Part shown: piece by piece, positions 1-9,714 of the stretch
Numbering within the stretch: the first letter of the stretch is position 1
How the letters are laid out: each line of letters starts with the position of its first letter
Source of the DNA: a phage
Sequence record: PZ027503.1
DNA: 64,000 nucleotides
Reading direction: 5' to 3' (one strand)
The notes under the pieces: model-generated
What the model was told of the DNA's origin: nothing
Seen by the model: the letters and a program-made list of their open reading frames with translations, nothing else
The model's database searches: none
Position numbers and translations under genes: made by a program

Positions 1-149
1 TGCTTCAATACAGTAATATACGACTCACGACGCGGAGAAAACGAAAATGAACCTTACATTGAAATTTCTAAGAACAAAGGTCAATGTATTTGTAAGAACT
101 GTGCAGTAGCTATTAAGGAGGTTGTAAATGAAAACGCTTGGGACCAATG
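1..149 (+). CDS. 3' end of an upstream gene (Cys-rich C-terminus, partial at window edge)
   Basis: Frame 1 is open from the window edge to TAA at 147-149; contains CxC..CKNC; overlaps next start by 22 nt. Confidence 0.3.
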
Positions 150-319
150 AAACTGGCGAAATCTCTCTTCAAGAAGTGACAAACGACAAACTGATTAAGC
201 TACGAGACGTAGCTCGTGACCATCTTCAAGAATCTTTTAAAGAATACATGGAAGCACGAGATCGTGTCATCCAAATCCAACAGGAAATGATTAAACGCGG
301 GATTGTAGCCGACAGTTAA
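128..319 (+). CDS. hypothetical protein (63 aa)
   Basis: ATG preceded by AAGGAGG; ORF track. Confidence 0.5.
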   Translation: MKTLGTNETGEISLQEVTNDKLIKLRDVARDHLQESFKEYMEARDRVIQIQQEMIKRGIVADS

Positions 320-335
320 TATAACGGAGGGGAGA

Positions 336-899
336 ATGATTTATTATATTACTCCCTATCTGACAGGAAATATCGGCAAGGCTATCAATGAAGCCATTGC
401 CGTTCTTCCAGATGATAGTTGGGTGTGTTTAAGAGATACCGATACAATGTTCCTCCTACCTGATCAACCATCTATGCTTGAAGAGCTTGTTATGTCAAAC
501 CCACCTTTTGATGTAATAGGTGCAACTTGTAACAGGTTAGGCAGTGGTTATCAGCTTTTCTCTAACCAAATTAACGATGATCCAGATATTCTAAACCATA
601 TAGAATATGCTAAGATTGCAAGAGAATATCATAAAGTGAGTGTTGAAGAAGTTCCTTTCGGAACACCTCTGGCAGGTTTCTTTTTGCTTTTTAGAAAATC
701 CTTGTGGAATGAAATTCCTTTCGAAGAAAAATCTATCCAATTCGACTTAATTTTCTCTCGCACTTTACATGAAAAAGGAAAGAGGTTAGGATTGATGCGG
801 GGAATGTATCTATTTCACATTTACAGATTAGGTCAAACAAATCCTCAACGGTCTATACATCATTTATTACACTGTCACGATCACAGTAAAACTATTTAG
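336..899 (+). CDS. putative glycosyltransferase (GT-A-like, DxD-type motif LRDTDT)
   Basis: ORF with GGAGGGG SD; DTD motif and GT-A-like N-terminal pattern; weak. Confidence 0.4.
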   Translation: MIYYITPYLTGNIGKAINEAIAVLPDDSWVCLRDTDTMFLLPDQPSMLEELVMSNPPFDVIGATCNRLGSGYQLFSNQINDDPDILNHIEYAKIAREYHKVSVEEVPFGTPLAGFFLLFRKSLWNEIPFEEKSIQFDLIFSRTLHEKGKRLGLMRGMYLFHIYRLGQTNPQRSIHHLLHCHDHSKTI

Positions 900-907
900 G
901 AGAGAAA

Positions 908-1591
908 ATGGAAAATATTAAAATCGGAGTGGGTGTTATCACTGTAGGTGTCCGTCCACTTAAAGACTACCTTGTAACAGATCCACGTGCAGATTTTCGA
1001 GTATTCAACGATCCAGACCGTAAAGGTGTAGCTTATGCCAGGAATGAACTTATGCACCAGTTTTATGAAGAAGGTTATGATTATTGGTTTATTTTTGACG
1101 ACGATTGCTACCCAGTCATGGAGGGATGGGAAACATATTTTGTAGATCAAGCTGTCTCTGGAGGATGGGATTTCTTTGGTATGCCGGAGTACTTCAAAGA
1201 TAAAGTTGTTGGAAGCAAAGGAGAAGTTATTCTCTGGGAACTTGCAATGTGTCAATTTGCAATGTATTCTCGTGCCGTTGTTGAGAAGATGGGTTATTTC
1301 CGTCCTTACACTCATGGTTATGGTTTTGAAGATGCTGAATGGGGACACCGTTTACAAGCTGCTGGTTTGAATCATGGTATTCAGGCAACACCTTGTCCAC
1401 TTCGTATCATGGCTTATATCCACCCAGACGATGTTTTTGGAAACAATCCTATGCCTTTTGCTAATCTGACAAAAGAAGAGAAAGAAGCTGCTATCGGGAT
1501 TAACTGGGAAGAATATAAAACATCTTTAGAGGATATTAAAAATGGGAAAATCCGAATTTCCTATGAGGAGGCACTAGCACATGTCAAATAA
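908..1591 (+). CDS. glycosyltransferase family 2-like protein
   Basis: WFIFDDDCYP (DxD) and GYGFEDAEWGHR motifs typical of GT-A/GT2 enzymes; SD AGGAGAG. Confidence 0.55.
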   Translation: MENIKIGVGVITVGVRPLKDYLVTDPRADFRVFNDPDRKGVAYARNELMHQFYEEGYDYWFIFDDDCYPVMEGWETYFVDQAVSGGWDFFGMPEYFKDKVVGSKGEVILWELAMCQFAMYSRAVVEKMGYFRPYTHGYGFEDAEWGHRLQAAGLNHGIQATPCPLRIMAYIHPDDVFGNNPMPFANLTKEEKEAAIGINWEEYKTSLEDIKNGKIRISYEEALAHVK

Positions 1592-2528
1592 AAAATGGTC
1601 TAAACTAAAAATTGATGCAAAACCTCACAGCGGTTGTGACTATCATCGTATTGTTATGCCATTTAACAACCATAATCTTCAACCTAAGAAAGATGTTGTT
1701 GTGTTTAACCGTATCCACTCTAAAGGTGCAGAATACGTTTTATCTTTGAAACGTCAAGGTGTTAAGATTGTTGTAGATTTAGATGATTTCTACCAACTTA
1801 ATCCAGAACATTATTTAGCAAGTCTATACGAGTCAAACACTCATGCTATTGTAGCTATGGTTAAGCTTGCTGATGTGGTTATTGTGACTACAGAATATTT
1901 GGCATATAAGATCCGTCACTTAAATAGGAATGTTGTTGTGATCCGAAATGCACTTCCTTTTGATAGTGGACAATTCACTTTGTCAAATGATCGTTCATCC
2001 GGTACCCCTGTTGTATGGGCTGGCGGTGCTAGTCACGAACCAGATTTACGACTAGTCTCTAATACTTTCGATGATGAACTTCTTACTATTGCGGGATATG
2101 AAGCATCACAGAGCATCACGGGACAAGAATGGATTAAGATTCGCAGAAATTTACCAAATGCCAAATATAAAGCCGCTGTAAAAGATTTAGATAATTACAT
2201 GAGTGTTTACGAAAGTCATGCTATTGCTATAGCTCCTTTGGTAGATAATGATTTTAATAATTGTAAAAGTAATCTCAAAATCCTGGAAGCTGGAGCAAAA
2301 GGTATTCCAATTGTTTGTTCTAAGGTATTACCTTATTTTAACCCTGTAGATGCTCGCGCTGTTGCTTACGCAGAGAATAAAGCAGAATGGCATTACGAAA
2401 TTGTTAAGCTTCTTCGCAATCCAAACTATCGGGAAGATCGTGGTTTGTTCTTGGCGGAACATGTTCGAACACATTATAATCTGGCAGATGCAAACGAGTT
2501 GCGACGCCAGGTTATTGAAAGTTTGTAG
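1581..2528 (+). CDS. GT-B fold glycosyltransferase (paralogue 1 of tandem pair)
   Basis: C-terminal KSNLKILEAGAKGIPIVCS resembles GT4-type E-x7-E sugar-donor motif; N-terminus CDYHRIVMP shared with neighbour. Confidence 0.5.
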   Translation: MSNKKWSKLKIDAKPHSGCDYHRIVMPFNNHNLQPKKDVVVFNRIHSKGAEYVLSLKRQGVKIVVDLDDFYQLNPEHYLASLYESNTHAIVAMVKLADVVIVTTEYLAYKIRHLNRNVVVIRNALPFDSGQFTLSNDRSSGTPVVWAGGASHEPDLRLVSNTFDDELLTIAGYEASQSITGQEWIKIRRNLPNAKYKAAVKDLDNYMSVYESHAIAIAPLVDNDFNNCKSNLKILEAGAKGIPIVCSKVLPYFNPVDARAVAYAENKAEWHYEIVKLLRNPNYREDRGLFLAEHVRTHYNLADANELRRQVIESL

Positions 2529-2535
2529 GTGAAGT

Positions 2536-3480
2536 ATGGGACAAATAATTCTTGACAATCGTAACGGAATCAATTATAGTGTCTGCGATTTCCATAGGGT
2601 AGTGCTGCCTTACTCAAGGCAGTTCTCTTCACAACCTAAGCACAACGTTTTCGTTTTTAACGGGGTGCCAACAAAAGGTAAACAGGGCTTTTTAGCCCTT
2701 AAAAACCTAGGCTTTAAAATGGTTATGGATTTGGATGACTCTTTAGTTATTCCAAAAGGACACATGTTAGAAGGTATTTTTGAATCAGGTATTCGTGAAC
2801 ATTTAAAATGGTTTTTAGAGCACAGCGATCTTGTCACAACTACGACACCTGCTTTGCAAGTTGAACTTTCACAATACAATGATAATGTGCACATAATCCC
2901 TAATGGACTTCCTTACGATGAAGGTCAATTTGTGTTGACCCGTGATCGCTACTCCAAAACTCCATTAGTCTGGGCTGGAAGTGAAACACATAAACAAGAC
3001 TTGGCTATCTTGCCCGATTTTGGTAAAGATCTTACAATATGTGGTTTTCGTAGGGATTCTGAAGTTTTAAGTAGTCGTGAATGGTCTGTAATCAGAGAAA
3101 ATGTAGCACCAACTTGTGTTTATGAAGGTGTAAGACCATATGCCAACTACATGGAATCTTACGATGGTCATCAAATCAGTCTTGCGCCATTGATTGATAA
3201 CGTGTTTAATAATGCAAAAAGCAATCTTAAAATTCTTGAGGCAGGTGCTAAGGGTTTACCTTTGATCTGTTCTCCTCGTGAGAATTATCACACGCAAGAG
3301 TTTAAAGATTTGTTATTCTTTGCTGAAACACCTTCCGAGTGGAAAGATATTACGGAATACTTATTAAGTGCTCCCGATGTTTGCATGGAGAAAGGATTAG
3401 CATTAGCTAAGTATGTCAGGACTCATTATCACATTGATGTGTTGAATGAGCGTCGTAGACTTTTATTTGAGGAGCTATAA
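2536..3480 (+). CDS. GT-B fold glycosyltransferase (paralogue 2 of tandem pair)
   Basis: Same length and motifs as 1581-2528 (CDFHRVVLP, KSNLKILEAGAKGLPLICS); tandem duplication. Confidence 0.5.
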   Translation: MGQIILDNRNGINYSVCDFHRVVLPYSRQFSSQPKHNVFVFNGVPTKGKQGFLALKNLGFKMVMDLDDSLVIPKGHMLEGIFESGIREHLKWFLEHSDLVTTTTPALQVELSQYNDNVHIIPNGLPYDEGQFVLTRDRYSKTPLVWAGSETHKQDLAILPDFGKDLTICGFRRDSEVLSSREWSVIRENVAPTCVYEGVRPYANYMESYDGHQISLAPLIDNVFNNAKSNLKILEAGAKGLPLICSPRENYHTQEFKDLLFFAETPSEWKDITEYLLSAPDVCMEKGLALAKYVRTHYHIDVLNERRRLLFEEL

Positions 3481-3758
3481 TGATTAACACTTTTGATTTT
3501 GAATACACCACTCGTAACGGGAAAGCCTTAGTTGTGGAGGTGGATTACTATTATGAAGAGCCTAACCCGCTTTCTCGTGAAAGTGATTGGGATTACCACG
3601 GAGGGCTTTTAATTGACGGTATTCGTTTTTATGAAGGCTCTACAGAAGTTTTTGAAAAAGATTTAAATGTAACTGTAGCAGAAATTGCTTTCCAATTTAG
3701 AAAGCATATGGAAGAACTAGAAGCAGAATATATGATGGAGACTAACGAACCATTTTAA
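3480..3758 (+). CDS. hypothetical protein (92 aa)
   Basis: ORF with GAGGAG SD, start overlaps upstream stop (TAATG). Confidence 0.45.
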   Translation: MINTFDFEYTTRNGKALVVEVDYYYEEPNPLSRESDWDYHGGLLIDGIRFYEGSTEVFEKDLNVTVAEIAFQFRKHMEELEAEYMMETNEPF

Positions 3759-3770
3759 CAGGAGAACAAA

Positions 3771-5549
3771 GTGTCGCACATTATAACTAAATATGGATTT
3801 GATGTTGATCTTAGCAAGGAAGGGCATACAGGTTGTCCGCGCTGCATGAAAAATGGCAAGGATCGCTCTCGTAATAACCTGATGGTTTATGGATTAGATT
3901 CTAATGGAGAGCATAAAGGTGCTAAGTGCTTTGCGTGTGAATACACTATTCCTAGCGTAGAATGGTTACGAGAAAATGGTGAAGTTTTAGAAGAAGAGGA
4001 GGAGATTGTGGGTTCGGAATTTAATAAACAGATTCATCGTAAAATTGTTCAAGAAACATCAACCAACCCACGTGGTTATCGAGGCATTAAAGAAAAAGTT
4101 TCATCTTTCTATGGTGTTCGTTATGAATACCGTCAGGAAGGGGATCAGATGGTAGTAGAAAGTTGTTTATATCCGACTACTATCGGTAAAGAATTGGTTG
4201 GTTTTAAGCGTCGTATTCATCCTAAAGATTTCAGTAAACCTATTGGTCAAGTAGGTAAAGATGTAGATCTTTTTGGACAAATTCGTTTTGCAGACCGTTC
4301 TCATACTGTGGTAATTACAGGTGGTGAACACGATGCTCTGGCAGCTTATCAAATGTTGTCTGAAAACTTGGACAACAAATATGAACTTCCAGCAGTAGTT
4401 AGTGGCACAACTGGTGAAACCAGTATGTATAAACAAGTTCAGGCACAATATCCTTTCTTTGAAAAATTTAAGAAGATTATTGTTTGCATGGATAATGACA
4501 AAGCAGGTAATGAGGCATTTGAAAATATTGTTAAGGTGCTGCCCCGTAACAAAGTCTACCGTATGCAGATGGATCTTAAGGATGCCAATCAGTATCTGGA
4601 AGAAGGTCGTGCAAAAGATTTCGTAAAAGCTTTTTGGAGTGCTCGTCTATACACCCCAGCAGGTGTTTATGCTTCTAATGTCTTGTATGAAGCTGCATTA
4701 GAATGCTTGGAATCCAAGATGATTACCTTGCCTCCTTTTATGCGTGTTGCTGCAAATATGCTGGGTGGTGGTTTAGTAGAGGAAGAGATTACAGTGATCC
4801 TGGCAAAGACCAGTATCGGTAAAACTTTGATGGTGAACGAGATCACCAAACATATTATTGTTGCTCACCCAGAACATACCTTGGGTATTCTGTCCTTGGA
4901 AGCAACTTATAAGAAATATTCTCGTAACCTGTTGTCCTCGTTCCTGCATATTCCTCTACACAGGAAAACACCGGAAGAGAAATTTCAAATCTTGGAAGAG
5001 AATAAAGAAAAAATCCTAGATTTTTACGAAAGAGAAGATGGATCACCACGTTTTTATGTGTGTGATGATCGTGGAGCAGATGTGGAGTCTATCAAAGAAA
5101 AAGTTTTGGAGATGATCATCTATTTTGGAGTAACAATTCTTGTTATCGACCCTTATTCTGATTTGCTTTCTGGTATGGATGTTCAAGCCCAGGAAGAGTT
5201 AGCAACATGGTTGAAGCGCATCATGAAAGAGTACGCTATAACTATTATCGTCATCTCACACGTTAAGAAATCGGCTAATGGTGGCAATGAACACTTAACA
5301 GAGGACGATGCAATGGGTAGTAGTTTCTTGGCTAAAGGTGCTGGTATTACCTTGGCTTTGGAACGAGATAAAGCCGCTGAAGACCCTGTAGAACGCAATA
5401 CGACTCATTGCTTTATCCTAAAAAACCGTGAGTTCTCGGAAACTGGTCCGGCAGGGCAGTTTTACTATGACATTAGAACTGCAACTCTGCATGACAAAGA
5501 GCAGTATTTCAACAATCCTGCTAATTTGCCTACGGATAGCAACTATTAA
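3771..5549 (+). CDS. bifunctional DNA primase-helicase (T7 gp4-like)
   Basis: N-terminal Zn-binding CPRC..CFAC, TOPRIM-like VITGGEHDALAAY, DnaB-type Walker A LAKTSIGKT and Walker B LVIDPYSD; GTG start with AGGAGA SD. Confidence 0.85.
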   Translation: MSHIITKYGFDVDLSKEGHTGCPRCMKNGKDRSRNNLMVYGLDSNGEHKGAKCFACEYTIPSVEWLRENGEVLEEEEEIVGSEFNKQIHRKIVQETSTNPRGYRGIKEKVSSFYGVRYEYRQEGDQMVVESCLYPTTIGKELVGFKRRIHPKDFSKPIGQVGKDVDLFGQIRFADRSHTVVITGGEHDALAAYQMLSENLDNKYELPAVVSGTTGETSMYKQVQAQYPFFEKFKKIIVCMDNDKAGNEAFENIVKVLPRNKVYRMQMDLKDANQYLEEGRAKDFVKAFWSARLYTPAGVYASNVLYEAALECLESKMITLPPFMRVAANMLGGGLVEEEITVILAKTSIGKTLMVNEITKHIIVAHPEHTLGILSLEATYKKYSRNLLSSFLHIPLHRKTPEEKFQILEENKEKILDFYEREDGSPRFYVCDDRGADVESIKEKVLEMIIYFGVTILVIDPYSDLLSGMDVQAQEELATWLKRIMKEYAITIIVISHVKKSANGGNEHLTEDDAMGSSFLAKGAGITLALERDKAAEDPVERNTTHCFILKNREFSETGPAGQFYYDIRTATLHDKEQYFNNPANLPTDSNY

Positions 5550-5568
5550 GGGCTTCGGCCCTTTTATT
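5549..5568 (+). terminator. rho-independent terminator after primase-helicase
   Basis: AGGGC-TTCG-GCCCT hairpin followed by TTTTATT. Confidence 0.5.
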
Positions 5569-5579
5569 AAAAATACCTG

Positions 5580-5608
5580 TTGACAACTTTGCGGAAGGGA
5601 CTTATACT
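5580..5608 (+). promoter_or_regulatory. sigma70-like promoter
   Basis: TTGACA - 17 nt - TATACT, upstream of ATG at 5641. Confidence 0.55.
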
Positions 5609-5640
5609 TGTCTCATCAACCAAACAAGAGGAGAAGTAAA

Positions 5641-6072
5641 ATGCGTATGACAATCGATCTGAATGCAAAAGTTAAAGCTGCTGGTGCTCTGGGTGCTGGT
5701 GTTATTAAACACAAACAAGCGTTGGCATTTGCCATCCCACATATGATTGTTGAGGATCATCCTGAAGAGTTTGCTGTAAAAGTTGTTGAGAACAATGTTT
5801 CTGTTATTGAACATATCCCAACTGGACGTTCTTACCGTGTTGTTTCTTCTAAAGGTTTCCGTTTCGATGTAAGCCCTTCTTTCACAAAAGGTGCTGGTCG
5901 TAGTAAAGTGGGTATTCTTTCTTACAAATATTATATCGATAAAGTTGCAGATGGTGTTGCATTCTGTCGTGTAAGTGAAGGTAAAGTAGATATCATCTTT
6001 AAAAATACTAAAAACATGGTTATTTCTGATGATGGTAAAGTTGACCTCACTATTGAGTTCGCTAACAACTAA
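5641..6072 (+). CDS. hypothetical protein (143 aa)
   Basis: ATG with GAGGAGAAG SD; the track start at 5608 (TTG) lies inside the -10 element so the downstream ATG is preferred. Confidence 0.45.
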   Translation: MRMTIDLNAKVKAAGALGAGVIKHKQALAFAIPHMIVEDHPEEFAVKVVENNVSVIEHIPTGRSYRVVSSKGFRFDVSPSFTKGAGRSKVGILSYKYYIDKVADGVAFCRVSEGKVDIIFKNTKNMVISDDGKVDLTIEFANN

Positions 6073-6081
6073 GGAGGACTA

Positions 6082-6876
6082 TTGAGCAAGTTGAACATAC
6101 TTGATCAATATTACACTAACCCCGCTTATGCGGGGTTCTTATGTGATAAGATCAAAGAAATTTTTGGAGAGGAAGCTAACTACGTAGAACCATCTGCGGG
6201 AGAAGGAGCTTTCTCTTCTTGTTTTAAAAACATAACTTCTTTTGATATTGACCCTAAGTTTGAAGATTGTATTGAGGCAGATTTTTTAGCTCAATCTGTT
6301 GAGTCTGTTGGTAGTGTAACTGCTTTTGTCGGTAATCCTCCGTTTGGAAAAAATGCCAGTCTTGCCATTAAGTTCTTTAACCATTGTGCTGAAATGTTGG
6401 ATAACGAAGGTGGTATTTGTTTTATCTTGCCTCGCACATTTCAAAAAATCTTTTTTGCACACAAACTAAATCCCCACATGCATCTTCTTTACGAAGAAGA
6501 ATGTCCAAAAGGATCTTTTATTCTTCATGGAGAACCTTGGGATGTTCCTTGTGTATTCCAGATATGGATTAAACGCAACGAGAAGCGTTCTCCCGTTGTT
6601 TTAGGAGAGAATCGACTATTCGTATTAGGTAACAGTAAAGACTACGATATAGCCGTTAGGAGAGCGGGAGCAAGTGCAGGTAAAGTGTTATCAGAAGAAG
6701 ATTCTTTATCTGAAGCATCTACCTATTTTTTAAAAGCCTTGACTTCTAATCTTAAAACGCGTATCATTGAGGCTTACCCGTTACTTAAAGCTGAAGCTAG
6801 TAAAACTGCGGGAGTAAGAAGTTTAAGTTTAAAAGAACTTCAGTGGGTTCTGGAGAACATTAGAAAGGAGGAATAG
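6082..6876 (+). CDS. DNA N6-adenine methyltransferase (gamma-class motif order), orphan
   Basis: QYYTNP, motif I YVEPSAGEGAF, motif IV VGNPPFG in that order; no adjacent restriction endonuclease. Confidence 0.6.
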   Translation: MSKLNILDQYYTNPAYAGFLCDKIKEIFGEEANYVEPSAGEGAFSSCFKNITSFDIDPKFEDCIEADFLAQSVESVGSVTAFVGNPPFGKNASLAIKFFNHCAEMLDNEGGICFILPRTFQKIFFAHKLNPHMHLLYEEECPKGSFILHGEPWDVPCVFQIWIKRNEKRSPVVLGENRLFVLGNSKDYDIAVRRAGASAGKVLSEEDSLSEASTYFLKALTSNLKTRIIEAYPLLKAEASKTAGVRSLSLKELQWVLENIRKEE

Positions 6877-9473
6877 TGAGTAAGTTTACATGGGATATTG
6901 AAGCAAACGGATTGTTGAATAATGACACTATCGATTATTTAGCTAGTCCTTATCGTCTCAAAGACACATTTCAAATGCACTGTATTGTCTTAGAGAACCA
7001 TGAAACAGGAGAAATAGTAGCTTTCCACGATGGCCCTAAATACATCTTTGATGGGCGTCCTTATGAAGAGTCAGATGGTAAATACACATATGTTCTTAAA
7101 GAGTATGTGGCGCAAGATTACACACATTTTCAACTAAAAGATTTCCCAGACTTTATTAATCATGAAGGTTATTTTAAAGATAAGCCTGAATATCTGGTTG
7201 AAATGGCTGTGGCTCACAACGGTATCAACTATGACTGGTTGGCTACAAAACTGTTTTATGGTTTAGATTACAGTGTTAAATATAATACGTGGGGCAAAAA
7301 TAAGGTAAAACTTATTGACTCCTTGATTTTGAGTAAAGTGTTAAACCCAGATCGAAAGATTGAGGGCAAATCAGGACATAGCTTGGCAGCACTTTCTCGA
7401 AAGGCAGGTGGTGATGTAAAAATAGATTTCCGTAAAGAGATTCCAGAAGAAGATCGATTTAAGACTTTTGCTGCGGATATGCTTTATTACTGTATCTATG
7501 ACAACAAAGCCAATACGAGCGTATATAATTACCTTATGGAAGAATGGGGTGATTATGATAAATGGGAAGGTCCATTTGAACTTGAACAACGTGTAGCAGA
7601 CATTATTACACGCCAGGAACACCGTGGGTTTGCTTTTAACATGAAACAAGCAGAAGAGAACCTTGCTTTTTTGGATGCAGAAATGGAGCGTCTTCGTTTA
7701 CTCGTTGAGCCTATTTTGCCACCTAAACCAGCAACAAAAGGTTATCTTAAGGCTTTTATTCCACCTAAGTTGCAAATTAAAAAGAACTTAGAGCCAACTA
7801 ACCATATGATCAATTTTGCTAAGAAACATGATGGTCATTTGGAAGAGAGGGATGGAGATTGGTGGTTAGTGATGTTGGGGAAAGAATGGAAACTGCCAGT
7901 TGCAGCAGATGAACCTTTGTGTGATCCTAATATCCCTGCAACATTGAACGATACTACCCATATTAAAAACTGGCTTGTAGGATTAGGTTGGGTACCGTCT
8001 GAATATAAAGATAAAGACTTGACTCTTAAATCTGGCACCAAGATTAAAAAGAGCGAGGAAGAACTTCAGAAAGGTATTCGAGCTTACGTTGAGCAAACTC
8101 TGTCTTCTAATTTTTGTCAGGATCGTTGTGATCATCTGGAGTGCACACCGGAAACCTTGGAGAGGAAGATTCAAGAGCGTATAGCAAAAGGTAAGGGTCG
8201 CGGTCTTAAAGTATTGACTAACCCATGTTTTACCAAAGGTCAGGAAAAAGAAATCTGTCCTAACCTGCAAGCTTTAGGTGAGAAATTCCCTTATGCTACA
8301 CAGATTGTAGAATACTTAACGTATAAGCATCGTAGGAACTCTATTTTAGGCGGTGGTGCTGATTGGGAAGAAGATGAGGAAGATCAAGAATATGATAAAG
8401 GTTTCTTAGCCGCAGTAAGGGCGGATGGTCGTATTCCTACCCCAGCAGCTACATGTGATGCTGCAACCTCTCGTATGAAGCATAGGTCTGTAGCTAATAT
8501 TCCTCGTGTCACATCTTTGTTTGGATGGGAGATGCGTAACTTGTTTGGTGTAGAGGTTCCTAAGTACTTCCAGATTGGCTACGACTTCGACTCTTTGGAA
8601 GCAAAAATTGAATCACACTACTGTTGGCGGTACGAGCCGGAGCCACACGAATATTGTAACGCTCTGTTGTTAGAGAAACCTAACGATGTTCACACAATGA
8701 TGGCAAAACGTATCACTGAAACTATTGGACGTAAATTTGAACGTAGTCCTGCTAAATCTGTTAAGTATGGTATTACCTATGGTGCACAAGCCGACAAGGT
8801 TGCTAAAACAATTGGTAGCGACAAGTTTACAGGTCAATTGGTGTTCGATGCTTTCTGGGAAGCTGCATTCCCATTGGCGCGTCTTAAAGAACGTTTAAAT
8901 GATTTCTGGGTTAAGACTGGTAAACAATATGTTTTGGGTATTGACGGTCGTAAGGTTCCTACTCGTTCTGCTCACGCGATTCTTAACTCTCTGTTCCAAA
9001 GCGGTGGGGTTATCTGTGCTAAACGTGCAATGGTTATTTATGATGACATGATCGAAGAAGAAGGGCTAAGTGTTGACTTCTTTAAAGATGACTGGAAGAA
9101 TAAAGACTTCGTGCAACAAATGATTGCATATCACGATGAAGCCCAGCTTGAAGTTTCTCGTAACCTTGTAGAATTCAAATGGTTTTCACCTGAATCATTA
9201 GGTTGGAAGAAAGTAGACGATCCTGAAGAACAAAAGAAAATTGATAAAGAATGCCTTGCTAAAGTCGAAGAATGGAAGCATAATAAGGAAAAAGAGACAG
9301 GGCAAATTTGGGCTAACATTCATGAATCTCCCAAAGGTGGATGGTTTACAGCCTATAGTCGGGCAGGTGAACTTGCTGCTTTAGCTGTTACTAAGGCTGG
9401 AGAATTTTACAATCTTAATGTTCAGCTTACTGCTGGATATGACGTGGGGAATTCCTGGGCCAGTTGTCACTAG
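6876..9473 (+). CDS. family A DNA polymerase with 3'-5' exonuclease domain
   Basis: Exo I WDIEANGL; motif A-like GYDFDSLEAKI; motif B RSPAKSVKYGITYGA; motif C YHDE; GTG start with GGAGG SD. Confidence 0.85.
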   Translation: MSKFTWDIEANGLLNNDTIDYLASPYRLKDTFQMHCIVLENHETGEIVAFHDGPKYIFDGRPYEESDGKYTYVLKEYVAQDYTHFQLKDFPDFINHEGYFKDKPEYLVEMAVAHNGINYDWLATKLFYGLDYSVKYNTWGKNKVKLIDSLILSKVLNPDRKIEGKSGHSLAALSRKAGGDVKIDFRKEIPEEDRFKTFAADMLYYCIYDNKANTSVYNYLMEEWGDYDKWEGPFELEQRVADIITRQEHRGFAFNMKQAEENLAFLDAEMERLRLLVEPILPPKPATKGYLKAFIPPKLQIKKNLEPTNHMINFAKKHDGHLEERDGDWWLVMLGKEWKLPVAADEPLCDPNIPATLNDTTHIKNWLVGLGWVPSEYKDKDLTLKSGTKIKKSEEELQKGIRAYVEQTLSSNFCQDRCDHLECTPETLERKIQERIAKGKGRGLKVLTNPCFTKGQEKEICPNLQALGEKFPYATQIVEYLTYKHRRNSILGGGADWEEDEEDQEYDKGFLAAVRADGRIPTPAATCDAATSRMKHRSVANIPRVTSLFGWEMRNLFGVEVPKYFQIGYDFDSLEAKIESHYCWRYEPEPHEYCNALLLEKPNDVHTMMAKRITETIGRKFERSPAKSVKYGITYGAQADKVAKTIGSDKFTGQLVFDAFWEAAFPLARLKERLNDFWVKTGKQYVLGIDGRKVPTRSAHAILNSLFQSGGVICAKRAMVIYDDMIEEEGLSVDFFKDDWKNKDFVQQMIAYHDEAQLEVSRNLVEFKWFSPESLGWKKVDDPEEQKKIDKECLAKVEEWKHNKEKETGQIWANIHESPKGGWFTAYSRAGELAALAVTKAGEFYNLNVQLTAGYDVGNSWASCH

Positions 9474-9491
9474 TCTAACGTATTGTTTTAT

Positions 9492-9512
9492 AAGGGGCTT
9501 CTGCCCCTTTAT
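9492..9512. terminator. hairpin, weak terminator or attenuator after DNA polymerase
   Basis: AGGGGC-TTCT-GCCCCT followed by TTTAT; downstream gene starts 10 nt later. Confidence 0.3.
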
Positions 9513-9522
9513 AGGAGAAGAT

Positions 9523-9714
9523 ATGAGTTACGATTTAGATTGTTTTGGTATGCCTTACCTACCAGATGAATTTGAAGGTAAAGAAGAACGTGAATGGGAC
9601 GATGGGGATATCCGTTGTTGGTCTTGTGGTAAAGATATGTCTTATGAACAACATATGCACAATGATGGTTTCTGCATACATTGCTATAATGAAATTGATC
9701 TGGAGGAAGATTAA
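9523..9714 (+). CDS. small zinc-ribbon protein (63 aa)
   Basis: ATG with AGGAGAAG SD; CWSCG..CIHC; the longer track ORF from 9418 overlaps the polymerase and has no SD. Confidence 0.45.
   Translation: MSYDLDCFGMPYLPDEFEGKEEREWDDGDIRCWSCGKDMSYEQHMHNDGFCIHCYNEIDLEED

Noticed and set aside
5608-5640. TTG start for the ORF at 5608 given in the six-frame track
   Set aside because: The TTG overlaps the -10 hexamer of the promoter at 5580-5608, so it would not be in the transcript; the ATG at 5641 with a GAGGAG Shine-Dalgarno is used instead.
6876-9473. Possible intein or large insertion in the 865-aa DNA polymerase
   Set aside because: Polymerase motifs A, B and C and the exonuclease motif are contiguous and in order; no Cys...Asn-bounded insertion interrupts a conserved motif.
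9523-9714. Cys/His-rich small protein as an HNH homing endonuclease
   Set aside because: At 63 aa it is too short and lacks HNH spacing; called a zinc-ribbon protein. The same applies to 60127-60318 and 53779-53994.
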